Of a DNA stretch of 64,000 nucleotides, positions 11,265 through 24,430 are shown piece after piece (position 1 is the first letter of the stretch; every line of letters starts with the position of its first letter). The notes below the pieces were generated by a model that was not told the DNA's origin, searched no databases, and saw only the letters and a program-made list of their open reading frames with translations. A program made the translations under genes and the position numbers. Source of the stretch: Octopus vulgaris (lineage: Eukaryota); the NCBI GenBank assembly GCA_951406725.2, contig OX597826.1:77562001-77626000 (forward strand), given 5' to 3'.

Positions 11265-12118
11265 CAACATCAAAAATCAAATGGAAATTGTAGTTGTGAT
11301 ACCTGTGTCGGTGGCACATAAAAAGCACCATCCAAATGTGGCCAATGCCTGTGCCGCCTTGACTGGCTTCCCTGCTGGTGGCACGTAAAAAGCACCAACC
11401 AATCGTAGCTGTTGCCAGCCTCCCCCTGGCCCCTGTGTCGGTGGCACATAAAAAGCACCCACTACACTCACGGAGTGGTTGGCATTAGGAAGGGCATCTA
11501 GCCGTAGAAACACTGCCAGATCAGACTGGAGCCTGGTGCAGCCTTCTGGCTTCCAAGACCCTGGTCGAACTGTCCAACCCATGCTAGCATGGAAAACGGA
11601 CGTTAAACGATGATGATGATGGTGATGATATACAAGCATATCCACGTGTATGTGTAGCTTACCTTTTCTCTCTCTCTACCTAATATATATTTACATACAC
11701 AGATAACAATATATATGAGTGTGTGTGAGTGAGTGAACATGTGTGTGTGTGTGAGTGAGTGTGTGTGTATGCATATTTATATACATACGTGCTTTATCTT
11801 TCCTGTATTACACACATCACACACAGACACACACACATTTAAACTGATCCACTACTCAACTCCTTTCTGTGCATCTATATTCATAAACACACATATACAC
11901 TCACTGACACATCCAGTGAACACCCAGGTACATTTTCACCTCCCTCACCACACACACACACACACAAGTATATATCACCTGATAGGTGTAGAAAAGGAAG
12001 CTGGTGAGATGAACTAACGACCTCCATGCCAATAAATCTTTATTGGATCTTACAAGAGTCTGACCAATTCTTGGGCATAGCATGATAAAGAAGTAGGAAT
12101 TACATCCATCTCACTGCT

Positions 12119-12163
<45 letters not shown>

Positions 12164-12699
12164 ATGCTTTTCTCCCCGCCACTCATTAGAATTCCTGCCA
12201 CTTCCGCCACCATCTTTGAAAACTGGTGGACATCAGGCATCAGTTTTAGCAACCAGGAATATTCATGGAACTAAAATGTTTTATAAAATCTTACTGTTTG
12301 AAGCAAGGCTTCCCGACCAAGTTCAAACGCTAGCTAGAACGGTAAAGGGTTCCGGTAGTCTGACTTTGGCAAATGGACAGGATTCAAATAAATACAAAGA
12401 ATCAATTCTCTCTCTCTCTTTCTCTCTTTCATGGATAGACAGGAATAAGAATATATTACAATTTAAGCTCTCATCACCTGGCATCAAGCCACCTCCCTCG
12501 ACACTACACCCACCTCTTCAGTTGAGAGATCTTGTGAGTCACTCGGTGACTTCACCAGGGCCAATGTCCCATAAAAAAAGCACACAGTACTCTCTGTAAA
12601 GTGGATGGCATTGAGAAAGTTTATTGAGCTGTAGAAAGCATGACATTGGTGCTGTGATATGGCTCACTAGCTGCTGTTCAACCCATGCCAGCACATACA

Positions 12700-13010
12700 G
12701 ACAGACAGACATGTAGGTAGACAGACAGACAGACAGGTAGATAGACAGACAGACAGATAGATAGTTAGATAGACAGACAGACAGACAGACAGGTAGATGG
12801 ACAGACAGACAGACAGTAAGATAAACAGACAGATAGATAAAGAGATAGACAGACAGGTAGATAGTTAGATAGACAGATAGATAGACAGACAGATAGACAG
12901 GTAGATAGACAGACATATAGACAGACAGACAGATAGTCAGATAAACAGACAGACACACAGACAGATAGATAAAGAGACAGACAGACATATAGATAGATAG
13001 GTAGATAGAT
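12700..13010. repeat. (AGAC/AGAT)n tetranucleotide array
   Basis: Directly visible. Confidence 0.95.
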
Positions 13011-13785
13011 ATACATATGTGTGTTTGTGTGTGTGTGTTTATATATTTATATATTTGTGTATGCATTTAAAGAGATTTGTTGTGTACGGCTGGAACAATG
13101 CAAGAAGGTGCCAAAGAAGACTTACACAGCAAATCTCTTTAAAGTTCCACCATACAATACTTCACCCCAAACTACCTCGTTTGATGATATAACCAGGGAG
13201 ACACATATACACAGAGGTATACAGACAGGTATGCAGACCAAACACACAGACAGACAGATCCATAAAGAACTGGTAAGACAAACAGACAGACTGTTAAACG
13301 GACAGGTAGACATTTTATTTTGGGTGTTCTCAGTTGTTGTGGTACATAGCTTGTGTATGTATAAACACGGTGGAACAATGTTAGACAATGACAGAGGCAA
13401 TGTTTGCAGCTAAAGCTGTCTTCCAGAACAAACCTATTTTTTCTCTAAAGACATAAAAAAAAGAGAAAATAACTTTGACACTCTCGTAACTTAAAAATAG
13501 CAGAAAATGGAAAGAGTGAAATTTAGAAACAAGCTGGGAAATTTTCTAAAAAAATATCTGAAAAAAAAAAAGGAAGAAAATAGGAACTAGATGAAATGCA
13601 AACAATGGTGTAGATGTGGTGCTATGGCTTTGGAGAATATTGGTGGTCTTGAGTTCAAGCCCACTGCACAGCACTTTGGGCAAATAGCTTTTAGTGTAGC
13701 TCCAGGCTGACCAAAGCCATGTAAATGGATTCAGTAGATGGAAGCTGAAAGAAGTGAGTTGTGTGTGTGTGAATATATATATATA

Positions 13786-14295
13786 TTGGGTCATCCCATA
13801 AATAATGCAGTTTTTTCATGCTTCATTTTTCAAAGTGTGCTCTCCTTAATTTTCTACAATGCTCTCCTATCTATCTGGTAGACTTGCACGGCCCCTCTTC
13901 CAAAATTCGCTTGTCCGTGATGAAATATACTCTCCAGTAATGTTCTGACCTCGTCTACGGAATTCGTAATTTTTCCATCCAAAAGATTTTGTAAACTGCA
14001 GAATAAATGATAATCAGATGGAGCAATGTCTGGTGAATATGGTGGGTGGAGCATCATTTCCAATACAAACTGCTTCAGCTTTTAGTATGTCATCCTCGCT
14101 GTATGTGGCCAAGCATTATCCTGATGGATGAACACTTTTCATATTGAAACCAAAGATGGTCCTTTTTCTTCTTGTGCTGACTTAAGCTGCTCAAGCTGCT
14201 CGCAGTAGATCTCTTTTGTTATTGTTTGGTTTGGGTTTTAAAAGTTAAAAATGAACTAAACCTTTCGTATCCCACAAAATAGATAGCAACATATA
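13786..14295 (-). mobile_element. Mariner transposon 3' fragment
   Basis: HQDNAWPH and HPPYSPDIAPSDYHLF motifs; TA followed by the terminus TTGGGTCATCCCATAAATAATGC at 13786. Confidence 0.9.
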
Positions 14296-14514
14296 TTAAA
14301 GGATTAATATATTTACCATAATTGCCAGGGTTTGACTTTAAAACAAGAACAGCAGTGTGATAAGAAGTTGGCTTCCCAACCACAGGATTCTGGGTTCAAT
14401 CCTTAGTGTGTGACACCTTCAGTAAATGTCTTTTACTACAGCCTTGGATCAACCAAAGACTTGTGAGTGAATCTGGACGATGGAAACTAAAAGAAACACA
14501 CATGCACGTATGTG

Positions 14515-14547
<33 letters not shown>

Positions 14548-15078
14548 CATCATCATCATTTAACATCCACTTTTCCACGCTTGCATGGCTCAAGCCTAAT
14601 TAGTGGAGGTAGAATTTCTACTGCCAGGTGCCTTTCCCGGTGCCCACCACACCTTTTTCTAAGCTTAGTAATATTTTCCCCAAGGCCAAACATATACATA
14701 CACAGGTGTGCTTGTGCCTCCTTGTCTCGACATCACAAGGCAGCTGTAAATGATTGTCCCTGTCATACATGCAGTGTCATTCATTTCCAATCTTCCACTA
14801 AAACATGTCTGGCCATGGGATAAATATTACCTTGCTTGAAAACAGATAAGGATTGGCAACAGGAAGAGCACCTGGCTGCAGTTAATGATGTTAATGATGC
14901 TGACTGTATGCTTATGTAGTGAATTATTGAATAGATGGTCACAAGTTCAAATCCATCAATGCCTGTGATGATGTATGCTTCGTTATCCAAATAATGAAAA
15001 TATTTGCATTCTGTTTCAAGAAATTCACATGTGTCCCTGTGTTAAAGAATGATGTGTGGTTAGGAAATTTATGCTGTA

Positions 15079-15330
15079 ACCATGTGGCTTTGGGGTCGGT
15101 CACCATGTGGCTTTGGATTCAGCACCATGTGGCTATGGGTTCAGTCACCATGTGGCTTTGGGATTTACCACCCTGTAGCTTTAGGGTTGACCACCATGTG
15201 GCTTTGAGATTGACCACCATGTGATTTTGGGTTCTGTTACCATGTGGCTTTGGGTTCAGCCAGCATGTGGCTTTGAATTCAGTAACCATGTGAATTTGGG
15301 TTCAGTCACCATGTGGCTTTGGGTTCAGTC
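15079..15330 (+). repeat. 11 x ~23-bp minisatellite derived from the SINE-A B-box segment
   Basis: Unit ACCATGTGGCTTTGGGTTCAGTC, preceded by SINE A-box sequence (~15053) and followed by the SINE body (15335-15395). Confidence 0.85.
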
Positions 15331-16310
15331 ACCATGGGTAACTTGAGTAAGTGGTTTTTACTATGGTACTCGACCAACCAAAGCTTCAGGAGTGACTTTC
15401 ATAACTGAAAGAAAGAGGGAAACTAAAAGATGCCCTCTCTCTCTCTCTCTCCCTCACTTTCTCTTGCTTGTATTTCATTTCTTGTCTGCCATCAAAATAG
15501 CATTAATATTCATAAAACACGAGACTTCCGCAGCTCCAACTAATAATAATAACAATAAAAGCTTCAAATTTTGGCAGAATTTGAACTCAGAACTTAAAGA
15601 CAGATGAAATGCTGCCAAGAAGCATTTTGCCCATGTTGCATTTTCCAACAATCTAATGATTCTTGCCAATCACTCACCATGCAAAGAGTCAAAAGAAAAA
15701 CTTCTAAGTATTTGTGTGAAAGCCCCAACAATTCTACCGAGAGCAATAATTAAAAAGTTCGGCACAGGATCAGCTGATCTTGAGGGAAGGAAGAAGTTGA
15801 TTACATTAATCCAATGGCTTAAGTGGTACTTACTTTATCGACCCCAAAAAGGATGAAAGGCAAAGTTGACCTCAGTGGAATTTGAACTCAGAACGTTAAG
15901 ACAGACAAAATGCCATTCAGCATTTTGCTCAGCATGCTTATATCTCCACCAGCTGCTCACCACCTTTCAATGATTCTGGCACAGGTTCAACAGTTTTAGA
16001 GGGGAGGGGGAAGCCGATTACAACAGTGCTTGGTTGGTACCTATTTTATCAACCTCGAAAGCGCAAAAGGTAAAGCTGATATCTGCAGAATTTGAGCTCA
16101 GGATTCTGCTGAGATTTGAGCTCAAAACAGACAAAATGCCACTAAGCCTTTTGTCCAGCATGCTAACCGTTTTGCCAGCTTGCCATCTTAATTCTGCCAA
16201 TAACAATAATAATGGCCATTAGCAATTATAAAACGTGAGAAAAAAAAAAGGAAACAAAGAGAATATCAAAGAAAGAATAAAACAATAAGATAGAATTGTG
16301 CTGTACTTAC

Positions 16311-16493
16311 CTACTACTATAGAATGGGAATGACCAGCATCACCTATCTCAACTTCCACGCTCGTCCGGTATTCTCCTTCCAAAGTGCCATGTTTATGAC
16401 CCGATAATATTAGTTGAGAACCTAATTGGTTATACCATACTCCTTGTAATGTTGCACAGTTTTCTATTTGCTTGCCATACGCTGAGCATCTGC
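16311..16493 (-). CDS. Internal coding exon of an avidin/streptavidin-family gene (N-terminal half of the beta-barrel)
   Basis: Acceptor ctttatctgtgtctcccttgatttcag| (AG at 16495-16494) and donor TAG|gtaagt (16310-16305). 183 nt, phase 1-1, open frame: xRCSAYGKQIENCATLQGVWYNQLGSQLILSGHKHGTLEGEYRTSVEVEIGDAGHSHSIVVG. GVWYNQLGS matches streptavidin GTWYNQLGS; GTLEGEYRTSV matches avidin GEFTGTYITAV. Confidence 0.92.
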
Positions 16494-16556
16494 CTGAAAT
16501 CAAGGGAGACACAGATAAAGCTTGTAAAATATATACGTATATGTGTGTGTGTGTAT

Positions 16557-16588
<32 letters not shown>

Positions 16589-16589
<1 letters not shown>

Positions 16590-16840
16590 GGTAAAAACGG
16601 TAAAATAACAAAAGAAAGAAAGAGACCTCAATATTATGTAAATAGAGGAATTTATCTGTAAAATAATATGTGACAATCATTCGGTAGCCAAGATAAAACT
16701 CTGAGTCTCGGATGCCGAGGTGGAAATTCACACCACCATCTAACTGAAGAGATGGTGGTGTGGATTTCCATCTAGGCATCCGAAACTCAGAGTTTTATCT
16801 TGGCTACCGAATGATTGTCACATATTATTTTACAGATATA
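16589..16840. mobile_element. Fold-back (TA)n-inserted PLE-like element, family H4
   Basis: 88-bp arms 16653-16740 and 16751-16838, 10-nt loop TAACTGAAGA, ~64-nt extension on the left, (TA)n on both sides. Confidence 0.85.
16741..16797 (+). ncRNA. Hammerhead-like motif (H4)
   Basis: TAA-CTGAAGA-GATG...CATC-C-GAAAC-TC a GA-GTT-TTA; near-palindromic stem III; stem I is short because the inversion cuts it. Confidence 0.55.
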
Positions 16841-17089
16841 TATATATATATATATATATATATGGTGGGAGGTGTACAATCATGATATTAAATATGTATC
16901 TCTATGTGTGATTTAGAGACATATGGAGGTGTAAACATACATAAATGAGTGTGTATATAACAAAGTGAACATGAATGGAGAAAATCACATCTTCAGTTGA
17001 TGATTGTACCATACTTTACCAATGATCGTTTCTAATGTAGCAGCATATTTAGAAATAGGAAACGGTAAAAATATCAGTCAAACCAATAT

Positions 17090-17722
17090 ATCCAAAAGTT
17101 TATGTTTACACAATGTTATCGAGGTAACCCAAAACTGGCTAAAAACAAAGTGAACTGAAATAATGTCTATAATACATAGAAAAAGAACATTAAGAAGAAA
17201 TAGAATATTCTAAGAAAAGCCAGTTTGGTATTTAAACTTATGATGATGTTGTAGGTAATGAAAGAATAAAAAATAAGCATAGAACTTCTATGTCACAACA
17301 TTTAGTTATCTAGCTATTCATGTATGCTAAAAGAATTTCAAAATATTATGCTTATTAGATTATAGGAAAGGCTGTTGTGATTAAGATGTTATTTACTATT
17401 GAAATATTTAGATGCTTTTCTATATTTATGGGAACTTTTCAATGTAAAACTGGTTCTACAATTTAATCATTTTAATTCTAAAGTAATTATATAATAATTT
17501 TCTATAGGCAAAGATCACATTTAAAGTTAACAGTATTGTACAATGGAGCATAACTAATAAAGGGCCATTTTATATTGTGGTTAATGTTGCTGTCTTTCAA
17601 ATCCCAAATGCATTTACTAAGATTCCTAAAACTACATTTCCTCGTAAACTTAAGCAAAGAAGAATGGTTATATTTAACAAGAACGATAACAACAGCAAGC
17701 ACAGCAAATCACCAGCAAGATA
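17090..17722 (+). mobile_element. Highly decayed Penelope-like ORF fragment (linker and GIY-YIG)
   Basis: SYSCM motif (~17312-17326) and WSI..K.PFY...C (~17544-17592), typical of PLE C-termini. Confidence 0.45.
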
Positions 17723-18718
17723 AATACTAAATGGATCCTAATAAAAATTTTCAAATGAATATAGGCCTTACATTTGAATCAAACTACCATATTTGTTGGC
17801 ATACAAGACACTTTTTTAACAAAAAATTCACTTTGGTTCCTCCTACTTACAAAGTTGGGTCTGTATTTCATAATTTAATGCAATGACAACATCTTTTCCT
17901 GAATATGCGCTGCTGAAATTGGGGTATCTTTTGTGCCCTCAAGTTCCTAAAAGAGATTTCCTCGAGAGATGAATAATTGGTTCCTAAAGTAAGTTCAGAT
18001 AAGAACTTGAAATGTTTGATTCACTCATACAACCATTTCACAGTGCCAACCTGGGCTGCAAATCCTCTGCGACAACTTTGGGCCGATAAAAGCTTTGTTT
18101 GTGAGTGAATTTTTGGGAAAGAAATTGAAAAGAAACCTGTCGTGTGTGTGTGTTTGTTTCCAATTCTGCTCACTTGTTTCAGTCACATTGAATGGTGTTA
18201 TTCTTGACACGTCTACAAATATCTTGTCTGTGGGTTTCATGTCTTTGAGATAATGCCGAATAAAAGATCCTTTATTTGAAAAACAGGAAAAGATTAACAC
18301 CAGGAAGATCATCTCACCGTAAAACCAATGGCTTAATAATAATATATTTGTTCAATTCATAGTATCATGGAAGAAAGGCACAAAAATCAAACAAATGAAT
18401 ATGTGTGTATATATCATTATCCTCACCATCCTCATGGGTAGGATGGTCTGACAGACAGGGAACTGGTGAACTGCAGGGTTGCATGGGGCTTCAATTTCAT
18501 CTTTGACATGGGTTCTACAGCTGGATGCCCTTCCTAACACCAACCATTCCAAGAGTGTAACAGGTGCTTTTTATGTGCTACCAGCACAGGTATCACATCT
18601 ACAATTTCCATTTGATTTTGCTCTCGACGTACTTGACTCAATAGGTCTCCTCAACCCTATGATAAACATATATATATATGATCTCAGATCAGGTCACTTG
18701 CTATGCAAGTACATCTCC

Positions 18719-18767
<49 letters not shown>

Positions 18768-19282
18768 TATATGAAAGTTATGTGTATCTGTATATCTACA
18801 TGTATGTATATATGTGTATATATTTTTATATATACTGTGTGCATGTCTATATGTGTGTGCAACCACATACTTAAATGCTTCCTTCAGTAAAGAAGCACTT
18901 TATATAATAGCCCTGATGGAGCTGTAAAATGCCATATTGGAATTCAATTTGTGTATATTTCTACAGACAATCACACAAATATATTCAGATACATTTTTCC
19001 AGCTTACCAGTTCCAGTCAAAGCATCTGACCGATTCCAGCATGGAAAATGGATGCTAAATGGTGACAGCGATATTTATTTATACACACATATACATCTAT
19101 ATTCATAGGTTTATACATGTACATCCATACATATTTAAATGTATTTATACATATACATACATCAGTGTGTGTGTGCATGTGTGTGTATACATATGCCTAT
19201 AAAGATGATATATATATCATACAATTCTCTGTATCTAAGTACAAATTCTCACATTAAATGAATTCAGGTGGAAAATTATGCT

Positions 19283-19330
<48 letters not shown>

Positions 19331-19390
19331 CATATATGTGTATATGTATATACATCTATGTGTGTATGTATATACATATGCATGTATATG

Positions 19391-19440
<50 letters not shown>

Positions 19441-21649
19441 GGTGTGTGTATGTATATGTATATATGTATGTGTATGTATATATGTATGTATATATATATA
19501 TATGTGTGCGTATATATATATGTAGATGAGTGTACATGTGTGTGTGCATGAAGTAGCAAGATATATAATTCATATGTGCATGTATGTGTATGAAAGTGCT
19601 TATATGTGCGTGAGAGTGGTTGTATGTGAGAGTGTATGTATGTGAGAGTACCTGTATGTGTGAGAGAGAGTACCTGTATGTGTGTGCATGTGTAGTCCTT
19701 TAATTAGTGTCTGTGAGAATATAGAAGGAGTGTTGTTTCATGGATTTGTGGCAGCTGTTAGACCATGGCGTCCTTCATAATAAAGCAGCTCCACCAGCGA
19801 TGGCACCGCCACCATCAGCCTCTTCACCATAAACCTATCCACTTCGTTCAAAATCATCATCATCATCATCACTTCTCATAACTATAGCCACCTTCATCAT
19901 CATCATCATCAACATTACCTCACACATCAGCTCTACACATTAACATCATCATCATCATAATTATTATAATGCCAGACCAACAAAAATGTGTGTATATGAT
20001 ACTAGAAATAGCAGCCAAATATCTCTCAAATTGCACCCTAACGTCTTACTTAGAAAGGGACCCATTTGATAAATGTTGGCCAGGGTTACCTAAAGATGCA
20101 AGAGGATGACAGAATGCCACTGATCACAGATCCGTCCAATCAAGGCTGACTTGCTGTAAACAACAATAACAACAACAAAAACCATAATACCATAAAGAGT
20201 ACCTTAACCAACATGTACGACCACCACCACCACAACAACTACCCCAGTCCCACCACAAGCACTCATGCAACAGCAGGAGCTAACTATATTCCAACCATTC
20301 CTACAAAATACAGAATTTATTTCACTTTTGTTCTTTTAACAAAATTTCAAAGCTTTTTAAAGATTAAATAAAAATATATTTTTCTTCTTCCTTTTTTACA
20401 AAAAGAAATTGTTTGATGGGGAAAAAAAAACAAAACAAAAATACAGCAAACAAAAAAATTGGTTTTTTTTTGCAGTTTTCAGTAGTTCTTGCCTTGCCCC
20501 AACTGTAACTAAAAACATCATTTTGATGATGATGATGACGACGACGATGATGATCATCATCATCGTTATTATCAATTATCATTATTATTGTTATTCTTCT
20601 TCTTCTTATTATTATTATTATTATTACATGAATAAAACATTTCTGCAGTTTCAGCATATCCTGTTTGAGGTGAGTGATGTTTCATTTCTATAAAACTACA
20701 ACACAGATCATCGTCATCGTCGTTTTCGGTTGTCCTAGTTATTTATTATCGGTTGACGTAAACAATAAAGTAACGCACAGAAGATGCCGAGTGTCATTCT
20801 GTTGCATCTTCCCATGTTCCAAGTTCAGTTCCTGCAAAGACCAACTTTGCCTTCTTCCTTCATTCTTCTCCATTCAGCTACCATATTCGTGGCCATACAA
20901 GACACTTTTTTTCAAAAAACTAAATACCAAACCAGTGCAAGGAGTGAAGACAATGCTTTGTTCCTACGCTGAAAAAATGTGTAACTCAGTTCAAGATTGA
21001 GAAATCTCTCTGCACCACAGTGGAAGCAAATACCTATTTCTTTACTACCCACAAGGGGCTACACACAGAGAGGACAAACAAGGACAGACAAACGGATTAA
21101 GTCGATTATATCGACACCAGTGTGTAACTGGTACTTAATTTATCAACCCTGAATGGATGAAAGGCAAAGTCGACATCGGCGGAATTTGAACTCAGAATGT
21201 ACCAGCAGATGAAATATGGCTATGCATTTCGCCCAGCATGCTAACGTCCGCAAATACGGACATCAACTCTATTGTATACTACAGCCTAACTACAATATAT
21301 TGCCTGGGTACCGTATTTCTCAGCATACAAACCAAAGTTTTCGGACCCAAATTTGCAGCTAATAAACATTGGTCAACTTTATATAACCAATAAGATTCTG
21401 GAAGTCCAAAAATTCCAAGTGAAATGCAGCAGGATTTGGAACGAAAGGGACAATTAGGAAATTACTATTTTTAAATCTCACAACAAGAAATATTCAGTAA
21501 AAGTACTTTGGAGTAAAGATTGTTTGCCAACATAACATGGCAGTCCTGGTTTAGGACAAATGTTGCTGTAATTTAGCCCCAGGATGCATCGTCTCCAGAT
21601 GGTTGTACGACACTATACATATACATATATACATAACATATATATACAT

Positions 21650-21685
<36 letters not shown>

Positions 21686-24319
21686 CCATGATAGATCGCT
21701 AGCCACTAAACCTTTTTGCATTTTCTCTCCCAGTTTATTTCTTCAAGTTCCTTTCTGTTGAAAAGCGAAGGCTCAAAACATAAAAGACTTTCTCACTAAT
21801 ACATCTGTTTGTTCTTTACACACCCGTTTTCATCTTTTGTTTCATTTGCAAATTCCAACTATATATATATGACGCTTCTTTCAGTTTCCATCTACCAAAT
21901 CCACTCACAAGGCTTTGGTCAGCCATAGGCTATAATTGAAGACACTTGCTCAAGGTGCCACAATCATCATTTAATGTCCATTGTACATGCCATATGGGTT
22001 GGACAGTTTGATCAAAGCTGGGTAGCTGTACCAGACTCTTTTCTGGTTTGGCATGATTTCTACAGGTGGATGCCATTCCTAACGCCAACCACTTTACAGA
22101 ATGTCGTGGGTGCTTTTATATAGCACTGCATGGGCACATATACGTGGTGTCAGACTTTTACTAATTTTGAAATTAAAGTAAATTCAAGTGGGACAACACT
22201 CTGATGAAGTATACCCCCGACTGTTCTGATGCCAGGCCCGCCTGACTGGTTCCTGTGCCAGTGGCACATAAAAAGCACCCACTACACTCTTAGAGTGGTT
22301 GGCATTAGGAAGGGCATCCGGCTGTAGAAATCTTGCCAGATCAGATTGGGGTCTGGTGCAGCCTCTTGGCTTGCCAGTCCTCAGTCAAACCATCCAACCC
22401 ATGCCAGCATGGAAAATGGATGCTAAGCAATGATGATGATGATGATGATTGGATGCAGGACAACATAGTCATGTGGATTGGCTCAATGGGGGTGGGGCAT
22501 AAAACCAAACAGCTCAGTAGAAGCAGAGGCCCCTTCTTCATTTCGGTGGTGCCACAGTTTAGAATCTATTAGAGTGATTTTTGATATTGTGGTGTTTGTT
22601 TGATTTTCACTGGAACACACAGCAACAACAACAACAATAGTATTAAACAAGAGAAACAAGAAACAATAGCAACAATGACAAGAACCTGTACAATGAGCGA
22701 ACCTATGACAATAGCAACAGACAACAAGAACAATAACAACAAAAACAATAACAACAACAACTAAACAAATGCAACAACAGCAACAGTTAGTCTAGTTATG
22801 ATACAACAGCAACAATAACAACAACGCAGTCGACAGTTAAAACACCACCTCTGACATTAATGTCACATTAAATTAGGAAGATTTTTGCTAAATAAAAATA
22901 ATTAAATAAAAGTTGAGGTTGGCATGGGTGGAGTGGGGAGAGACAAAAGGGGTGGAAATGATATAACAGTGATACAAGCACATACATACATATATGTAAT
23001 ATGTAGGCACACTAACACACAGAAATACACACACCCACACACCCACACACACTCACATGTGTTCATGTGTGTATGCGCGTGTGTGTATGTGTGTGTGTGT
23101 GTGTGTGTGCAAACAGCCTTTCAAATAGAAATGCTTACATATTTACACAGACAGACAAACAGACAGACATGCAGGCATACTCAAAGCATACAAATGAGAT
23201 AAACAAACGAAGTTTAAAAAAAAAGAAATACTTTATATTTTGTTGTGGGTGAGGGGACGATGGCCAAGAGGAGTTCAAATCCTGCCAAGGTCGCCTTTGA
23301 TTTCTCATCCTCCAGCGGTCAACAAAAAGTTACATCAATAAAATAATGAAATTAATTTAAAGCCTTCACTGCTTCCAACAAACATTTCTGATCTTGGACC
23401 AATGTAAATAGACATAATTTTTTGGCAAAAGTTAGTATCTGCAGTGTTGATTCAGGTTCTTTACATTCTGAGTTCAAATCCTGTTGAAGTCATCCTTTTG
23501 GGACTGATAAAATTAAGTAACAGTTTAAAGGGGAGCACTAGCAAAATCAGTAGAGCATCATCCAAGATGTGTTGTGTTAATCTTGCTCTGTCTGGAGAAT
23601 CCATTTATCCACTCTACAGCACGATACTTATCCTCGAGTCCTCTTTAATCTTTAATCTCTTGACTGGCACAAAGCCCAGTCTGCTCCCCCTCCCAGCTGA
23701 GGAGTTTTGTCTTGCAAGTGGCTTGGTGGCACCTGTCAGTGCTGGTCCCACATAAATGGCACCCAGTACACTTTGCAAAGTGGTTGGCATTGGGAAGGGC
23801 ATCCAACTGTAGAATCATGTCAAAGCAGACCATGGAACTTGGCACAGTTCTTGGCCTTAACCATTCCTGTTAAACCATCCAACCCACGCCATCATAGAAA
23901 ATAAACTTTAAATGATAATGATGATTATTATTATTTTGAATTCCAATCCTACCATGGCCTACATGAATGATAAACTAAATCTATCACCTCAGCTAGCATA
24001 ACCAATTGATTTTTAGGTTTTATTTGTAAAGTTGATTCCATTGCAAAGGTTTGGACCAAGTCTCTGGTTAGAGGATGCCTTCTTTTTCCCATCCCAGTAT
24101 CTCAGAGGTCCCTGAAAGACAATCATGACAAAGCCCTTCCTATAGAGCAGTCATGAGCAAATGGTGGTCCATGCAATTTTCTGAATGGCATACCTAACGG
24201 AAAATTACTTTGAATTTCTTTCTAGTGGTGCAACCTGCCTAATAATGAACCATGTCTGAGGAAGCTTGCTTCTTGAAAAAGGTTGACATCCCTGATCTAG
24301 AGTACCTGATAAAAACAAT

Positions 24320-24430
24320 GTGTGCAGTCCCTAGTGAAGCCATTTTGGGTATACACGGCATATTTTCAATTCCTGGGCTTTTGGATATGTATTTGTCAAC
24401 ATCATTCCCAAGATACCAATTGCTATACAG
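24320..24430 (-). mobile_element. Short RLE-LINE C-terminal fragment
   Basis: KYISKSPG...IPKMASLGTAHI resembles R4/Dong-type QKxALLGTAHI. Confidence 0.55.

Noticed and set aside
12280-12385. RLPDQVQTLA resembling a Gypsy gag
   Set aside because: Too short and unsupported by LTRs or pol motifs.
13525-13580. Strong-looking minus-strand acceptor ttttcttcctttttttttttcag
   Set aside because: The phase-1 continuation gives DIFLENFPACF*, with no avidin similarity.
15079-15330. CRISPR-like array
   Set aside because: Units are contiguous with no unique spacers; eukaryotic context; SINE-derived.
22569-22760. Hydrophobic minus-strand ORF as the avidin signal peptide
   Set aside because: Derived from a degenerate (AAC)n repeat; no ATG start and no suitable phase-1 donor.
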